From NCBI GenBank assembly GCA_002071085.1, contig MWEM01000004.1:4277-68276 (forward strand): a stretch of 64,000 nt of DNA, given 5' to 3'. The translations under genes and the position numbers were made by a program. Shown here piece by piece: positions 19,340-28,471 of this stretch (positions within the stretch are counted from its first letter, which is position 1; every line of letters starts with the position of its first letter). The DNA is from Thermotogota bacterium ADurb.Bin062 (lineage in GTDB: Bacteria > Thermotogota > Thermotogae > MWEM01). The notes under the pieces were generated by a model that did no database searches, was not told the origin of the DNA, and was given only the letters and a program-made list of their open reading frames with translations.

Positions 19340-20365
19340 ATGGAAAGACTGAATAACCCCCACGATAGGTTTTTCAAAGAAGTGCTGGGGGATGTCGCAA
19401 ACACCCAAGCGTTCTTAGAGACCTATCTCCCCCCTGAAGTCTTACGAGCGATCGATGTGGGCACGATACAGGCGGAAAAGGACAGCTTCATAGAACAAGA
19501 CCTGAAGGAGTTCTACGCGGATTTATTGTTTCGGGCGAACATACGAAACCGAGAAGCCTACGTGTACATTCTACTGGAGCACAAGAGCTATAGCGACTAT
19601 AACGTAGGTGTACAGCTGCTCAGGTATATGTCTGCGATATGGGACAAAGAAATAAAGAAACAAAAGAACAGACGACTACCGCTGATCTTACCGATAGTGC
19701 TGTACCAAGGGAAAGAGAAGTGGGGAGTGTCCACGCAGTTTGCGGACAGGATCGAAGGGGTCGAAACGATGGAAGGGTCTTTGAAAAAAGCTATTCCCCA
19801 CTTTGAGTATTACCTATACGATTTTTCGTCAAATAGTGGAGAGGAGATCAAAGGGCCGGACGATCTACGCCTGTATCTGGAAACGATCAGGATGGCCTCG
19901 ATCAAAGACCCGGAAAAGTTCAATGAAGCGTACGTAAGAATCACCACCGTCTTCGTCACGCGGGAAGAAACGGAAACAAGTGAAAGGCTTTACGATACTT
20001 TTATTCACTATCTCTATTATTTGATCGCACGAGAGGATTTCTTGAGACTGGTACAACTGACGCGAACGGTATCGGTGGAAAGGAGTGAAAGGATGCAAAC
20101 GATAGCGGAATGGCTTAAGCAAGAAGGGATGGAAAAAGGACTTGAGGAAGGTATGTTAAGAGGACTCGAAAGAGGGATAGAAGTCGGACGCGAGCAACTT
20201 CTTTGGAAGCAGATCTCCAAAAAATTCCCACAAATCCCGCGGACATACTACGAAAAGCTGAAAACGCTTACAATAGACCAGCTTGACAACCTAGGCTTAG
20301 AGCTGATGGATATGCAAAATGTGGAAGAGCTGAAAAAGCATTTGCATGCGAAAGCCGGACTTTAG
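19340..20365 (+). CDS. Rpn/YhgA-family recombination-promoting nuclease (PD-(D/E)XK, transposase_31) with a DUF4351-like C-terminus
   Basis: The N-terminus MERLNNPHDRFFKEVLGDVANTQAFLETYLPPEVL matches the Rpn family start (HD..FK..F......FL...LP). Acidic/His core (DLLF...YILLEHKS). C-terminal helical EKGLEEGMLRGLERGIEVGRE repeats. Visibly more A-rich than neighbouring genes. Confidence 0.7.
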   Translation: MERLNNPHDRFFKEVLGDVANTQAFLETYLPPEVLRAIDVGTIQAEKDSFIEQDLKEFYADLLFRANIRNREAYVYILLEHKSYSDYNVGVQLLRYMSAIWDKEIKKQKNRRLPLILPIVLYQGKEKWGVSTQFADRIEGVETMEGSLKKAIPHFEYYLYDFSSNSGEEIKGPDDLRLYLETIRMASIKDPEKFNEAYVRITTVFVTREETETSERLYDTFIHYLYYLIAREDFLRLVQLTRTVSVERSERMQTIAEWLKQEGMEKGLEEGMLRGLERGIEVGREQLLWKQISKKFPQIPRTYYEKLKTLTIDQLDNLGLELMDMQNVEELKKHLHAKAGL

Positions 20366-20979
20366 TCTGGAATGTTTTGGAAGAAAAAACAGGGTCCGTG
20401 TGGAGAGCACGGAGGATTCTTTGCTGGGAACTCCACACTTTTGTGTGGCAAGGTTATAGATTTTTCTATGCTGGAAACAGCGAACTTCAGTGCGGTATGG
20501 GTTCATTGTTCTCTCCGTGCCCGCCGTGCAACCCCTTTTTTCAAGACCTGCCAACTTAAAAGTTGGCGTTTCCAGAAACCAAGCCGAACAGAAGTTCGGC
20601 CTTCCCAAAGTCCGCTCTCAGGAAAACAAAAAGACCTGCCGCGCAAACAGCTCGCTCCACGGTAAATCGGGGTTTCGGTTACCAAAATCAACACGTACCC
20701 TTCCAAGACCGTAGCGAAGAAACCTTGCAATTTCGATGCCAGATGAGATACAATATATACGGAGTCTTCCTCGGATACGCCGTTTTCTTTCGGGGCTCAA
20801 CCGGGGAAGGAGAACGAGCGGCCGCGGCTATCTCGTTTACGATACGAAGTGGCTTCGGTTGAAACGGGTATTCGGATTTTTGGTTTTCCTTTTCCGGTTT
20901 TAATCGTCGAGCGATTAAGACCGTCGAAAATCAGAAAACGTTTCTTTGTGAACAGCGGTTATGAGGGGGGATCATTCGG
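20366..20979. repeat. 614-bp non-coding region containing repeat modules and at least three hairpins
   Basis: CCACACTTTTGTGTGG (20440), GCCAACTTAAAAGTTGGC (20550-20567), GCCGAACAGAAGTTCGGC (20583-20600). The T-module copy CTCTCCGTGCCCGCCGTGCAACCCCTTTTTTCAAGAC (20500-20548) matches 35230-35278. No convincing ORF. Confidence 0.7.
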
Positions 20980-21849
20980 ATGGGTCATCTCGAGCGATTT
21001 ATCAGATGGATGACGATGCAGCGGTATTCGCCGCAAACGATCAAAGAGTACAAACGGGAGATCGAGCGTTTTTTTGCTTTTCTTCAGCGTGAAAACTTGC
21101 CTTATGACGCTTTGCAGATGCCGGATATAGAAGACTACCTTTTTTCTATCGAGGCTTCCGAAAGAACGCGTAATCGCGCTCTGTCCGCGGTAAAAGCCTT
21201 CTATCGATTTTTGGTGTCACGGGGAATCCTGGCAGTCGACCCCGCGAAATCGGTGAAATCGGTACGCGTCAAGCGGAAGAACCCGGTTTTTCTTTCCGAG
21301 GGTGAGTACCTCTCTTTGTTTCATCATTTGGATGGAGAGGGCGGTTTCCTTCCGGAACGCGATCGGGTGATGATCGCCCTTCTCCTCACAACCGGAATAC
21401 GGGTGTCGGAATTGGTGCGGATCGCGTTCAAAGACATCTCGACGGATCGCGCCGGCCGGATAACCCTCGAAGTCCTCAGAAAGGGCCAGGAGATGGATTT
21501 CATCTACTTGAACTCCCAAGTGACGGCACTTTTCTCAGCCTATCTAGAAAAGAGACGGGAAATCTCGGTGGACAGCGACAAGGTTTTCCTCTCTTATCGT
21601 TTGGGCCCCCTCGAACGCTCCGCCGTCTACCGGTTGGTGCGAAAATACTTGGAGCAATGCGGTATAGAGAAAAGCAAGAAAGGCCCCCATATCCTTCGCC
21701 ATACTTTCGCCACCGCCTTGATGAAAAAAGACGTTTCGCTGTTTAAGATCAAAGAGCTGATGAATCATAAAAATATCTCTACGACGGAGAAGTATTTGCA
21801 TATCGTCGAAGAAGACCTAAAAGACGTTGTCGAACAGATAAAACTCTGA
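20980..21849 (+). CDS. Tyrosine site-specific recombinase (XerC/XerD family)
   Basis: 289 aa. N-terminal SAM-like core-binding domain. Catalytic R (GIRVSELVRI), H-x-x-R (HILRHTFAT) and Y (TTEKYLHI). RBS GAGGGGGG. Confidence 0.8.
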   Translation: MGHLERFIRWMTMQRYSPQTIKEYKREIERFFAFLQRENLPYDALQMPDIEDYLFSIEASERTRNRALSAVKAFYRFLVSRGILAVDPAKSVKSVRVKRKNPVFLSEGEYLSLFHHLDGEGGFLPERDRVMIALLLTTGIRVSELVRIAFKDISTDRAGRITLEVLRKGQEMDFIYLNSQVTALFSAYLEKRREISVDSDKVFLSYRLGPLERSAVYRLVRKYLEQCGIEKSKKGPHILRHTFATALMKKDVSLFKIKELMNHKNISTTEKYLHIVEEDLKDVVEQIKL

Positions 21850-21864
21850 GTTGGTGGCGTGACT

Positions 21865-24210
21865 ATGTATTCCTTACGGAAATTGGAATTCGACAAAGTG
21901 TTGGCCATGATCGCCGACCTGACGTTTTCCAGTTATGGAAAAGACGCGGTCCTTTCTCTCCAACCGATCGAGCATCCGCAGTTAGAATTGTCGAAGGTAT
22001 CTCAATTGATCGATCTGTTTCGAGCATACGGAGAACCGCCTGTGGGAGGAATCTCCGATATCCGGAGGGAGTGGGCGAAGGTTCTCGTCGGGAAAATTCT
22101 GGAACCCGGAGAACTCAAACGCATTGCCGTCAATTTCGATTCCGTCGCTAGACTGAAACGTTTCCTCGATGAAAAGTCGCACGAATACACCTTCCTCACC
22201 CCTTTCATAAGCCGACTCCACACGCTGGAAACGTTCGTCAAGTTCGCTTTTCTCGCAATCGAGGATGACGAGTCGATTTCGAACCGAGCCTCTCCGAGGT
22301 TGAATCAAATCCGTGTGGACTTAAGGCGTGCTATGCGCGACGTTCGGGGGCTTTTGGACAAGCTGATGACCGGCGTGTTGAAAGAAGTGGTCCAGGACAC
22401 CGACCTTCTCACGAGAGACGGTCGTTACGTCATACCGATCAAAGCCTCGAACCGCCATCAGGTCGCTGGGATCGTGCATTCATCCTCGGGAAGCGGCGCC
22501 ACTTACTATATGGAACCCGAAGCCCTGGTTCCTATGAACGACGCCGTCCGAAACCTGCAATCTCAGGAGCGCGAGGAGATCAATCGGATTCTCAGAGAAA
22601 TGTGCCAGATGCTCTTTCAGAGCGCGCGAGAGATCGCAGAAACGATCGACGCGTTGGTGGAATGGGACTCCTTATGGGCGCGGGCGCGGTTCGCGATCGA
22701 ACAAGACGGGACGATTCCGGAAATCTCTCCGGATGGCTCCTTTTCCTTGAGAGAAGCGAAGCATCCCCTGATTGGAAAAGCTTGCGTGCCACTCTCGCTT
22801 TCTCTATCCGACGAATTGCAGGGAATCGTGATCACGGGTCCGAATACGGGGGGGAAGACCGTCTCGCTCAAGACAGTAGGACTCTGCCATCTTATGGGTT
22901 TATCCGGAATTCCGGTTTGCGCTGCGATGGGCACGCGACTCGGGCGTTTTGCTCACGTTTTGGTGGACATCGGAGACGAACAGTCGATCGAGCAGAGTCT
23001 GAGCACCTTTTCCTCCCATATGAAGAATATCATCTCGATCAGTGAATACGCCGGCCCCGACGCATTGATCCTTTTGGACGAACTCGGCGCGGGTACCGAT
23101 CCCGTCGAGGGTTCTGCGATTGCGCTGGGGATCCTCGATGTCTTTCTGGAACGCGGGGCCAAAGTGCTGGTGAGCTCCCATATGACCCCGCTCAAATTGT
23201 ACGCCTATCAGAGGAAAGAACTCGAAAACGCGTCGGTGATCTTTGACATAGACGATCTCAGACCCACCTTCCAATTGGTGGTGGGGTTGGCGGGCAGCTC
23301 CAATGCCTTGATCATCTCCGAGCGTTTGGGATTGAACCCAACCGTCGTCGATCGGGCGCGTAGCTTTTTAGATCGGGATGTCCACCGAATCGACGAAGTT
23401 TTGAACCTCCTTCACCGTCAAAAAATAGAGATGGAGGAGCAAAACAGCCGGGTTCGTCATCTCCGGGAGACTCTGGAAAGGCAGCAGCAATCTTTGGAAA
23501 AACAGCTCGAGGAGATTAAACAGAAGAAATACGGCGCCTTTCTCAAAGAGATAGAAGCGATGGAGGAAGAGTTGCGCCAAATCAGGCGGTACACCCAGAC
23601 GAAGGTGGCCGAATTCAGGAAAGAAAAACCGCCGGCCGGCGCGGATATTGAGTCTTTCAACCGCGAGGTACAAGGGGATATCACCCAACAGCTAAAAGAT
23701 CTTAAAAAGAACTGGGAGCGGTCGTTCAAACAAGAGAGTCGAGAGGCGGAGATCGATAGTCTGAAGCCGGGGGACAGCATTCTGCTGAAAGACAGCAAGC
23801 TAGTTTTACGGGTTGTCGAGGTCAAAGGATCGACGCTTCTAGTTGAAAAAGACGGGAAAAAGCTGGAAATCCCGAAGGGCTTTGTCGGTCAAAAGACCGA
23901 ACCTCCGGCTTTACAGCCCGGCAAGGAATGGATTCACGAAAGCGCAAGCGCATTCCGCGAAGACTTCGTCGGAGACCGGCTCGATATTCGCGGGAAGACG
24001 GTGGAAGAAGGGATCGACGAGGTAGAGGCGTTCATCTCATTTTTGTTGATGAAAAACCGAAAGAGCGGCTGTGTGATTCACGGCAAAGGGACGGGGAAGT
24101 TGGCGGACGGTTTGTGGCAAAGGTTCGCCAAAGATCGGAGAATACAGTCTTATCGAATAGGAAAGCCCGAAGAGGGCGGAACGGGAGTCACGATTATTAC
24201 CTTATCTTAA
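21865..24210 (+). CDS. mutS2: Endonuclease MutS2 (with C-terminal Smr domain)
   Basis: Walker A ITGPNTGGKTVSLKTVGL, DELGAGTDP. C-terminal Smr (LDIRGKTVEEGIDEVEAFI...HGKGTG). The ORF-track start at 21859 (GTG) is 2 codons upstream of the ATG. Confidence 0.9.
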   Translation: MYSLRKLEFDKVLAMIADLTFSSYGKDAVLSLQPIEHPQLELSKVSQLIDLFRAYGEPPVGGISDIRREWAKVLVGKILEPGELKRIAVNFDSVARLKRFLDEKSHEYTFLTPFISRLHTLETFVKFAFLAIEDDESISNRASPRLNQIRVDLRRAMRDVRGLLDKLMTGVLKEVVQDTDLLTRDGRYVIPIKASNRHQVAGIVHSSSGSGATYYMEPEALVPMNDAVRNLQSQEREEINRILREMCQMLFQSAREIAETIDALVEWDSLWARARFAIEQDGTIPEISPDGSFSLREAKHPLIGKACVPLSLSLSDELQGIVITGPNTGGKTVSLKTVGLCHLMGLSGIPVCAAMGTRLGRFAHVLVDIGDEQSIEQSLSTFSSHMKNIISISEYAGPDALILLDELGAGTDPVEGSAIALGILDVFLERGAKVLVSSHMTPLKLYAYQRKELENASVIFDIDDLRPTFQLVVGLAGSSNALIISERLGLNPTVVDRARSFLDRDVHRIDEVLNLLHRQKIEMEEQNSRVRHLRETLERQQQSLEKQLEEIKQKKYGAFLKEIEAMEEELRQIRRYTQTKVAEFRKEKPPAGADIESFNREVQGDITQQLKDLKKNWERSFKQESREAEIDSLKPGDSILLKDSKLVLRVVEVKGSTLLVEKDGKKLEIPKGFVGQKTEPPALQPGKEWIHESASAFREDFVGDRLDIRGKTVEEGIDEVEAFISFLLMKNRKSGCVIHGKGTGKLADGLWQRFAKDRRIQSYRIGKPEEGGTGVTIITLS

Positions 24211-24232
24211 TCTACTATGAGGGGGAATTCTA

Positions 24233-25504
24233 ATGAAAAGTTTTCACTTGGAAGGAGGCATTCCGCTACGAGGTCAAGTCAGAATTAGCGGTTCCAAGAA
24301 CACAACGTTGCCAATGATCGCGGCCTCTTTGTTAACAGATGAGCCGGTTATCTTAAAGAACGTACCGAATCTCGAAGATGTGAGAACGATGGTCGACATT
24401 CTCAAGCATTTGGGTGTGAGCGTTTCTTTCCGAGACGGGATGATGGCCATCAGCCCGAAGAACGGGCTAGGAAATCATTTGCCCTATGAGTCTGTACGGA
24501 AGATGCGCGCTTCGTTCAATGTGTTAGGCCCGCTTGTGATGCGCCACGGGAAAGCCCACGTGCCGCTTCCGGGGGGGTGTGCGATCGGTCCAAGGCCCGT
24601 TGATATGCATCTGGAAGGGATGCGGGCTTTGGGGATAGAAACCACGATCGACTACGGCGTAGTCTGCGCCGAACGCGTGAGTAAGCCGGACTCTATGACC
24701 TTTCATCTAAGAATTCCGTCGGTCGGGACGACCGAACAGCTCCTGTCGATCGCTGTCCTTATGGAAGGGTCCGAGATTGTGCTGAACAACGTCGCATTGG
24801 AGCCGGAAGTACAGGAGCTGGCGCTGTTTTTAAACCGTATGGGCGCGCGGATCGAAGGGATCGGCACCTCCGCCCTCCGCATCAAGGGCGTGAAGCGACT
24901 GCACGGTACAGAATACGAGATCATCCCGGATCGTATCGAAACAGGCACCTATCTATTGGCCGCCCTGGTCTCTCAGGGAGACGTCGAATTGGTCGGATAT
25001 CATCCGACCCACAATGTCAGCCTTGTTCGGAAGCTTCGGGAGATGGGCGCTGACGTCCGGGAATCGGAGAACCGAATACGTGCCCGCTATCTTCGACGGT
25101 TAAACGGTACGGATTTTCACGCGGAGGTATACCCGGGTCTCCCCACTGATCTCCAACCTCAGTTCACTGTGTTGGCGGCTGTTTCCGAAGGCGTTTCCGT
25201 CATCACGGACACGGTCTTTTCCGATCGATTCCTACACGTGGACGAATTGAAACGGTTGGGAGCGAACTGCTCAGTGCGTAATCACGCGATCATCGTACAC
25301 GGCGTGGACCAATTGAAAGGCGCGCCGGTCAAGGCAAAAGACTTGCGGGGGGCCGCCGCGCTCGTCCTCGCGGGGATCAACGCCAAAGACCGGACCGTAG
25401 TCCAAAACATCGATTACATTTTCCGGGGCTATGAGGAGATCATACCGAAATTGAGAGGAATAGGAGCTCAATGCGAGATGGTAGAAGAGGAGTTGGCGTC
25501 TTGA
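24233..25504 (+). CDS. murA: UDP-N-acetylglucosamine 1-carboxyvinyltransferase
   Basis: 423 aa. N-terminus LRGQVRISGSKNTTLPMIAASLL is characteristic. Good RBS. Confidence 0.9.
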   Translation: MKSFHLEGGIPLRGQVRISGSKNTTLPMIAASLLTDEPVILKNVPNLEDVRTMVDILKHLGVSVSFRDGMMAISPKNGLGNHLPYESVRKMRASFNVLGPLVMRHGKAHVPLPGGCAIGPRPVDMHLEGMRALGIETTIDYGVVCAERVSKPDSMTFHLRIPSVGTTEQLLSIAVLMEGSEIVLNNVALEPEVQELALFLNRMGARIEGIGTSALRIKGVKRLHGTEYEIIPDRIETGTYLLAALVSQGDVELVGYHPTHNVSLVRKLREMGADVRESENRIRARYLRRLNGTDFHAEVYPGLPTDLQPQFTVLAAVSEGVSVITDTVFSDRFLHVDELKRLGANCSVRNHAIIVHGVDQLKGAPVKAKDLRGAAALVLAGINAKDRTVVQNIDYIFRGYEEIIPKLRGIGAQCEMVEEELAS

Positions 25505-26007
25505 AAACGATCGTGATAGCAGGAGCAGGTTCGAAAACGGGAAAGACAACCGTGGCCCTCTTTTTGGAAAGCCTTTTACCACACTCATATGTAGTCAAAT
25601 TGGGGGTAAGAACAGAACGCCAAGAAAACCGGATTCCCCTCTTTCCAGTTGACGCGGATTTTTCCGATATTTCTGATACAATACCCCCGGATACGGAGTA
25701 TCTGATTATCGAAAGCGGGCGAATCGCAAAAAAAATTAAGCCCGATTGCCTGATCTATATGGATCTTCCGGAGGACGCCCCTACCGAGGACGATGGAAGA
25801 GCGCACGGCTTAGAAGACCCGCAGAGGGCACGGAAGGAGTCGACGCTGTGGTTGTTGGATACGGCGGATCTGGTAAGCGGAAAGAAGGTCTCCTGTCAGA
25901 AGGCTTGGGAGATTGCAGACCGCTTGGCGATTCAGAAGATCCTTATGGGGAAGATATTGGATTTCTTGAAAATAAAAGTGAAAGGTTGTCAGCTGGGCCT
26001 GTTTTAG
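25501..26007 (+). CDS. Small P-loop NTPase-like protein (MobB-like N-terminus), function unknown
   Basis: The TTG start overlaps the murA stop (TTGA) after RBS GAAGAGGAG. Walker A IAGAGSKTGKTT. The C-terminal half is of lower complexity, so the gene is real but unassigned. Confidence 0.4.
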   Translation: MKTIVIAGAGSKTGKTTVALFLESLLPHSYVVKLGVRTERQENRIPLFPVDADFSDISDTIPPDTEYLIIESGRIAKKIKPDCLIYMDLPEDAPTEDDGRAHGLEDPQRARKESTLWLLDTADLVSGKKVSCQKAWEIADRLAIQKILMGKILDFLKIKVKGCQLGLF

Positions 26008-26009
26008 AG

Positions 26010-26035
26010 ATAGAGATAGAGATAGAGAAGGAGTG
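26010..26035. repeat. GAGATA hexanucleotide microsatellite (about 4 copies) in the lon leader
   Basis: GAGATAGAGATAGAGATAGAGAAGGAGTGAGTGAGAG immediately upstream of the lon RBS. Confidence 0.6.
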
Positions 26036-26049
26036 AGTGAGAGAAACGG

Positions 26050-28470
26050 ATGAAGAAGTTTTCTAAATTGGAGGAATTCGCTCAAGAGGGGAAGGTTACG
26101 ATCGATATCCCAGATCAGCTACCGCTCATCCCGATGCGCACCAATATGCTGGTCTACCCCGGATCGGTCATACCCTTTTACGTGGGTAGGGATAGGTCGC
26201 TGAACGCCTTGGAAGAGTCGATCGAGAAGATGAATCGACTCGTTTTTTTAGTGTGCCAAAAAAACCTTGAAATCGATGATCCGACACAAGCGGACCTTTT
26301 CGATATCGGGGTCGTGGCACAGGTGATGCAGTTGATGAAACTGCCGGACGGCACCTTCAAAGTCTTGGTGGAAGGGTTGGTGCGGGCCCGGAAAATCCGG
26401 TACGTGGAAGGCGAAAAATTCGACTCTGCGAAGATACGTATTGCCCTTCCGGAGTATCGCGTGACGAAAATGATCGAAGTCATGGTCCGGAAAGTCACAG
26501 AAGACACGCAAAGATACTTCAATATGACGAAAAAGCTACCCCCCGAGGCATTACAAGCGCTCGATGACACGTCGGACGTCGATCGGTTCGCGGACTTCGT
26601 CTCGTCCATTCTCCCGCTTCCGCTGGAAGACAAGCAAAAGCTGCTGGAGGCCGAGCACCCGAAGAATAGGTTGGAAGCGCTGATGGGTTACCTGGCCAAA
26701 GAGATCGATCTCTTAAAAGTGGAAGAAGACCTCGAGCGGAAGGTCCGCTTTAAACTGGAGCAGAATCAAAAGGAATACTATCTCCGCGAAAAGATGAGAA
26801 CGATCAAAGAAGAGCTCGATGGCAGCGAAGAACAAGAGATCGTCGAGCTGCGAGAGAAGCTCGAAAAGGGTTCTTACCCCGCGTTCGTCAAAGAGAAAGC
26901 CTTGCATGAGATAGATCGGCTGGAAAAGTCCCCCACGTATTCGGCAGAATCAACGGTGATACGGACCTATCTCGACTGGTTGCTCGGGTTGCCTTGGAAC
27001 GCGGAGACTGTCGATGAGATCAACATCAAACACGCGCGCAAGATCTTGGATGACGACCATTTTGGTTTGGAAGAGGTTAAAGAGAGAGTGTTAGAGTTCT
27101 TAGCGGTCCGCGCCTTTTCCAAGGGTTTAAAAGCGCCGATCCTCTGTCTGGTCGGACCTCCGGGTGTGGGCAAGACCTCGTTGGGACAGTCCTTGGCGCG
27201 CGCGATGGGGAGAAAGTTCGTTCGGCTTTCCCTCGGCGGGATGCGTGACGAGGCGGAGATCCGAGGTCATAGACGTACTTACGTCGGCGCCCTTCCCGGG
27301 CGTATTATACAGCTCATCAAAAATAGCGGGGTTCGCAATCCAGTGATCTTACTGGATGAGGTGGACAAGATGGGACAGAGTTTCCAGGGCGACCCAGCTT
27401 CAGCGTTGCTAGAGGTGCTCGATCCCGAGCAAAACGTCAACTTCGTCGATCATTTTATAGAGGTGCCCTTCGACCTTTCAAAGGTCATCTTCATCACCAC
27501 GGCGAACGTCCTTTACACCCTGCCCCCCGCGCTGAAAGACCGGTTGGAAGTGATCGAAATCCCCGGGTACACCGAACTCGAAAAGCTGGAGATAGCCGAA
27601 CATTACCTGATTCCGAAGATTCTCGCCGAACACGAAATGACAAAAAAAATCCGGTTTTTGCCTTTAGCGATTCGAACGGTCATCAAATCATACACACGAG
27701 AGGCCGGTGTTCGAAACCTCCATCGGGAACTCGCCAGCCTCGTTCGAAAAAGCGCGTTGAAACTCCTCGAAGAGGAACTGCCATCGATACGAATCGATCG
27801 GAAAACCGCTTTGGAGATGTTAGGCGCGGAAAGGTTCTTCGAGGATGAGCGGTTGGAAAGACCCTACATCGGTATTTGTACCGGGATGGCGTGGACCGCG
27901 GTGGGCGGATCGATCCTGCACATCGAGTCGCTCTTCGTCCAAGGAAAAGGGAAACTGATCCTCACCGGCCAGCTCGGAGACGTGATGAAAGAGTCCGCGC
28001 AAATCGCTCTTTCCGTTGCCAGGCACTACTGCAGTGAGGAAAACAACGAGTATTTCGATACTCACGACCTGCACGTTCACGTTCCTGAAGGCGCCGTTCC
28101 GAAGGATGGGCCATCCGCCGGCATCACCCTGGCGGTTTCTATTGCCTCCTCGATCTTGCAGAAACCCGTGAACCACCAGATCGCAATGACAGGAGAACTG
28201 ACCCTGAGAGGGAAGGTACTGCCGGTCGGGGGTATCCGCGAGAAGGTGTTGGCCGCTTACCGAGCGGGCATCAAACAGGTCGTCCTGCCGAAGCAGAATC
28301 AAAAAGATATGGAAAAGGTTCCGCTCGAAGTGAAAAAAGACCTCCGTGTTCATTTCGTGAGCCACATCGAAGAAGTATTGAAGCTTCTCTTGTTGAAAGG
28401 AACGCAGGAGAAAAAGTCTGTTCGCGCGGTTAAAACGGAAACGACAACTACCCCTGAATCGGGAGACTAA
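26050..28470 (+). CDS. lon: ATP-dependent Lon protease
   Basis: 806 aa. Lon N-domain, Walker A GPPGVGKTS, catalytic Ser motif PKDGPSAGIT. Confidence 0.95.
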   Translation: MKKFSKLEEFAQEGKVTIDIPDQLPLIPMRTNMLVYPGSVIPFYVGRDRSLNALEESIEKMNRLVFLVCQKNLEIDDPTQADLFDIGVVAQVMQLMKLPDGTFKVLVEGLVRARKIRYVEGEKFDSAKIRIALPEYRVTKMIEVMVRKVTEDTQRYFNMTKKLPPEALQALDDTSDVDRFADFVSSILPLPLEDKQKLLEAEHPKNRLEALMGYLAKEIDLLKVEEDLERKVRFKLEQNQKEYYLREKMRTIKEELDGSEEQEIVELREKLEKGSYPAFVKEKALHEIDRLEKSPTYSAESTVIRTYLDWLLGLPWNAETVDEINIKHARKILDDDHFGLEEVKERVLEFLAVRAFSKGLKAPILCLVGPPGVGKTSLGQSLARAMGRKFVRLSLGGMRDEAEIRGHRRTYVGALPGRIIQLIKNSGVRNPVILLDEVDKMGQSFQGDPASALLEVLDPEQNVNFVDHFIEVPFDLSKVIFITTANVLYTLPPALKDRLEVIEIPGYTELEKLEIAEHYLIPKILAEHEMTKKIRFLPLAIRTVIKSYTREAGVRNLHRELASLVRKSALKLLEEELPSIRIDRKTALEMLGAERFFEDERLERPYIGICTGMAWTAVGGSILHIESLFVQGKGKLILTGQLGDVMKESAQIALSVARHYCSEENNEYFDTHDLHVHVPEGAVPKDGPSAGITLAVSIASSILQKPVNHQIAMTGELTLRGKVLPVGGIREKVLAAYRAGIKQVVLPKQNQKDMEKVPLEVKKDLRVHFVSHIEEVLKLLLLKGTQEKKSVRAVKTETTTTPESGD

Positions 28471-28471
28471 G

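Noticed and set aside
15041-21849. Prophage or integrative element with tRNA attachment site
   Set aside because: No capsid, terminase, portal or replication genes. The tRNA-Gln (9182-9255) is 6 kb away from the recombinase and is separated from it by housekeeping genes. Only a recombinase/nuclease/helicase trio is present.
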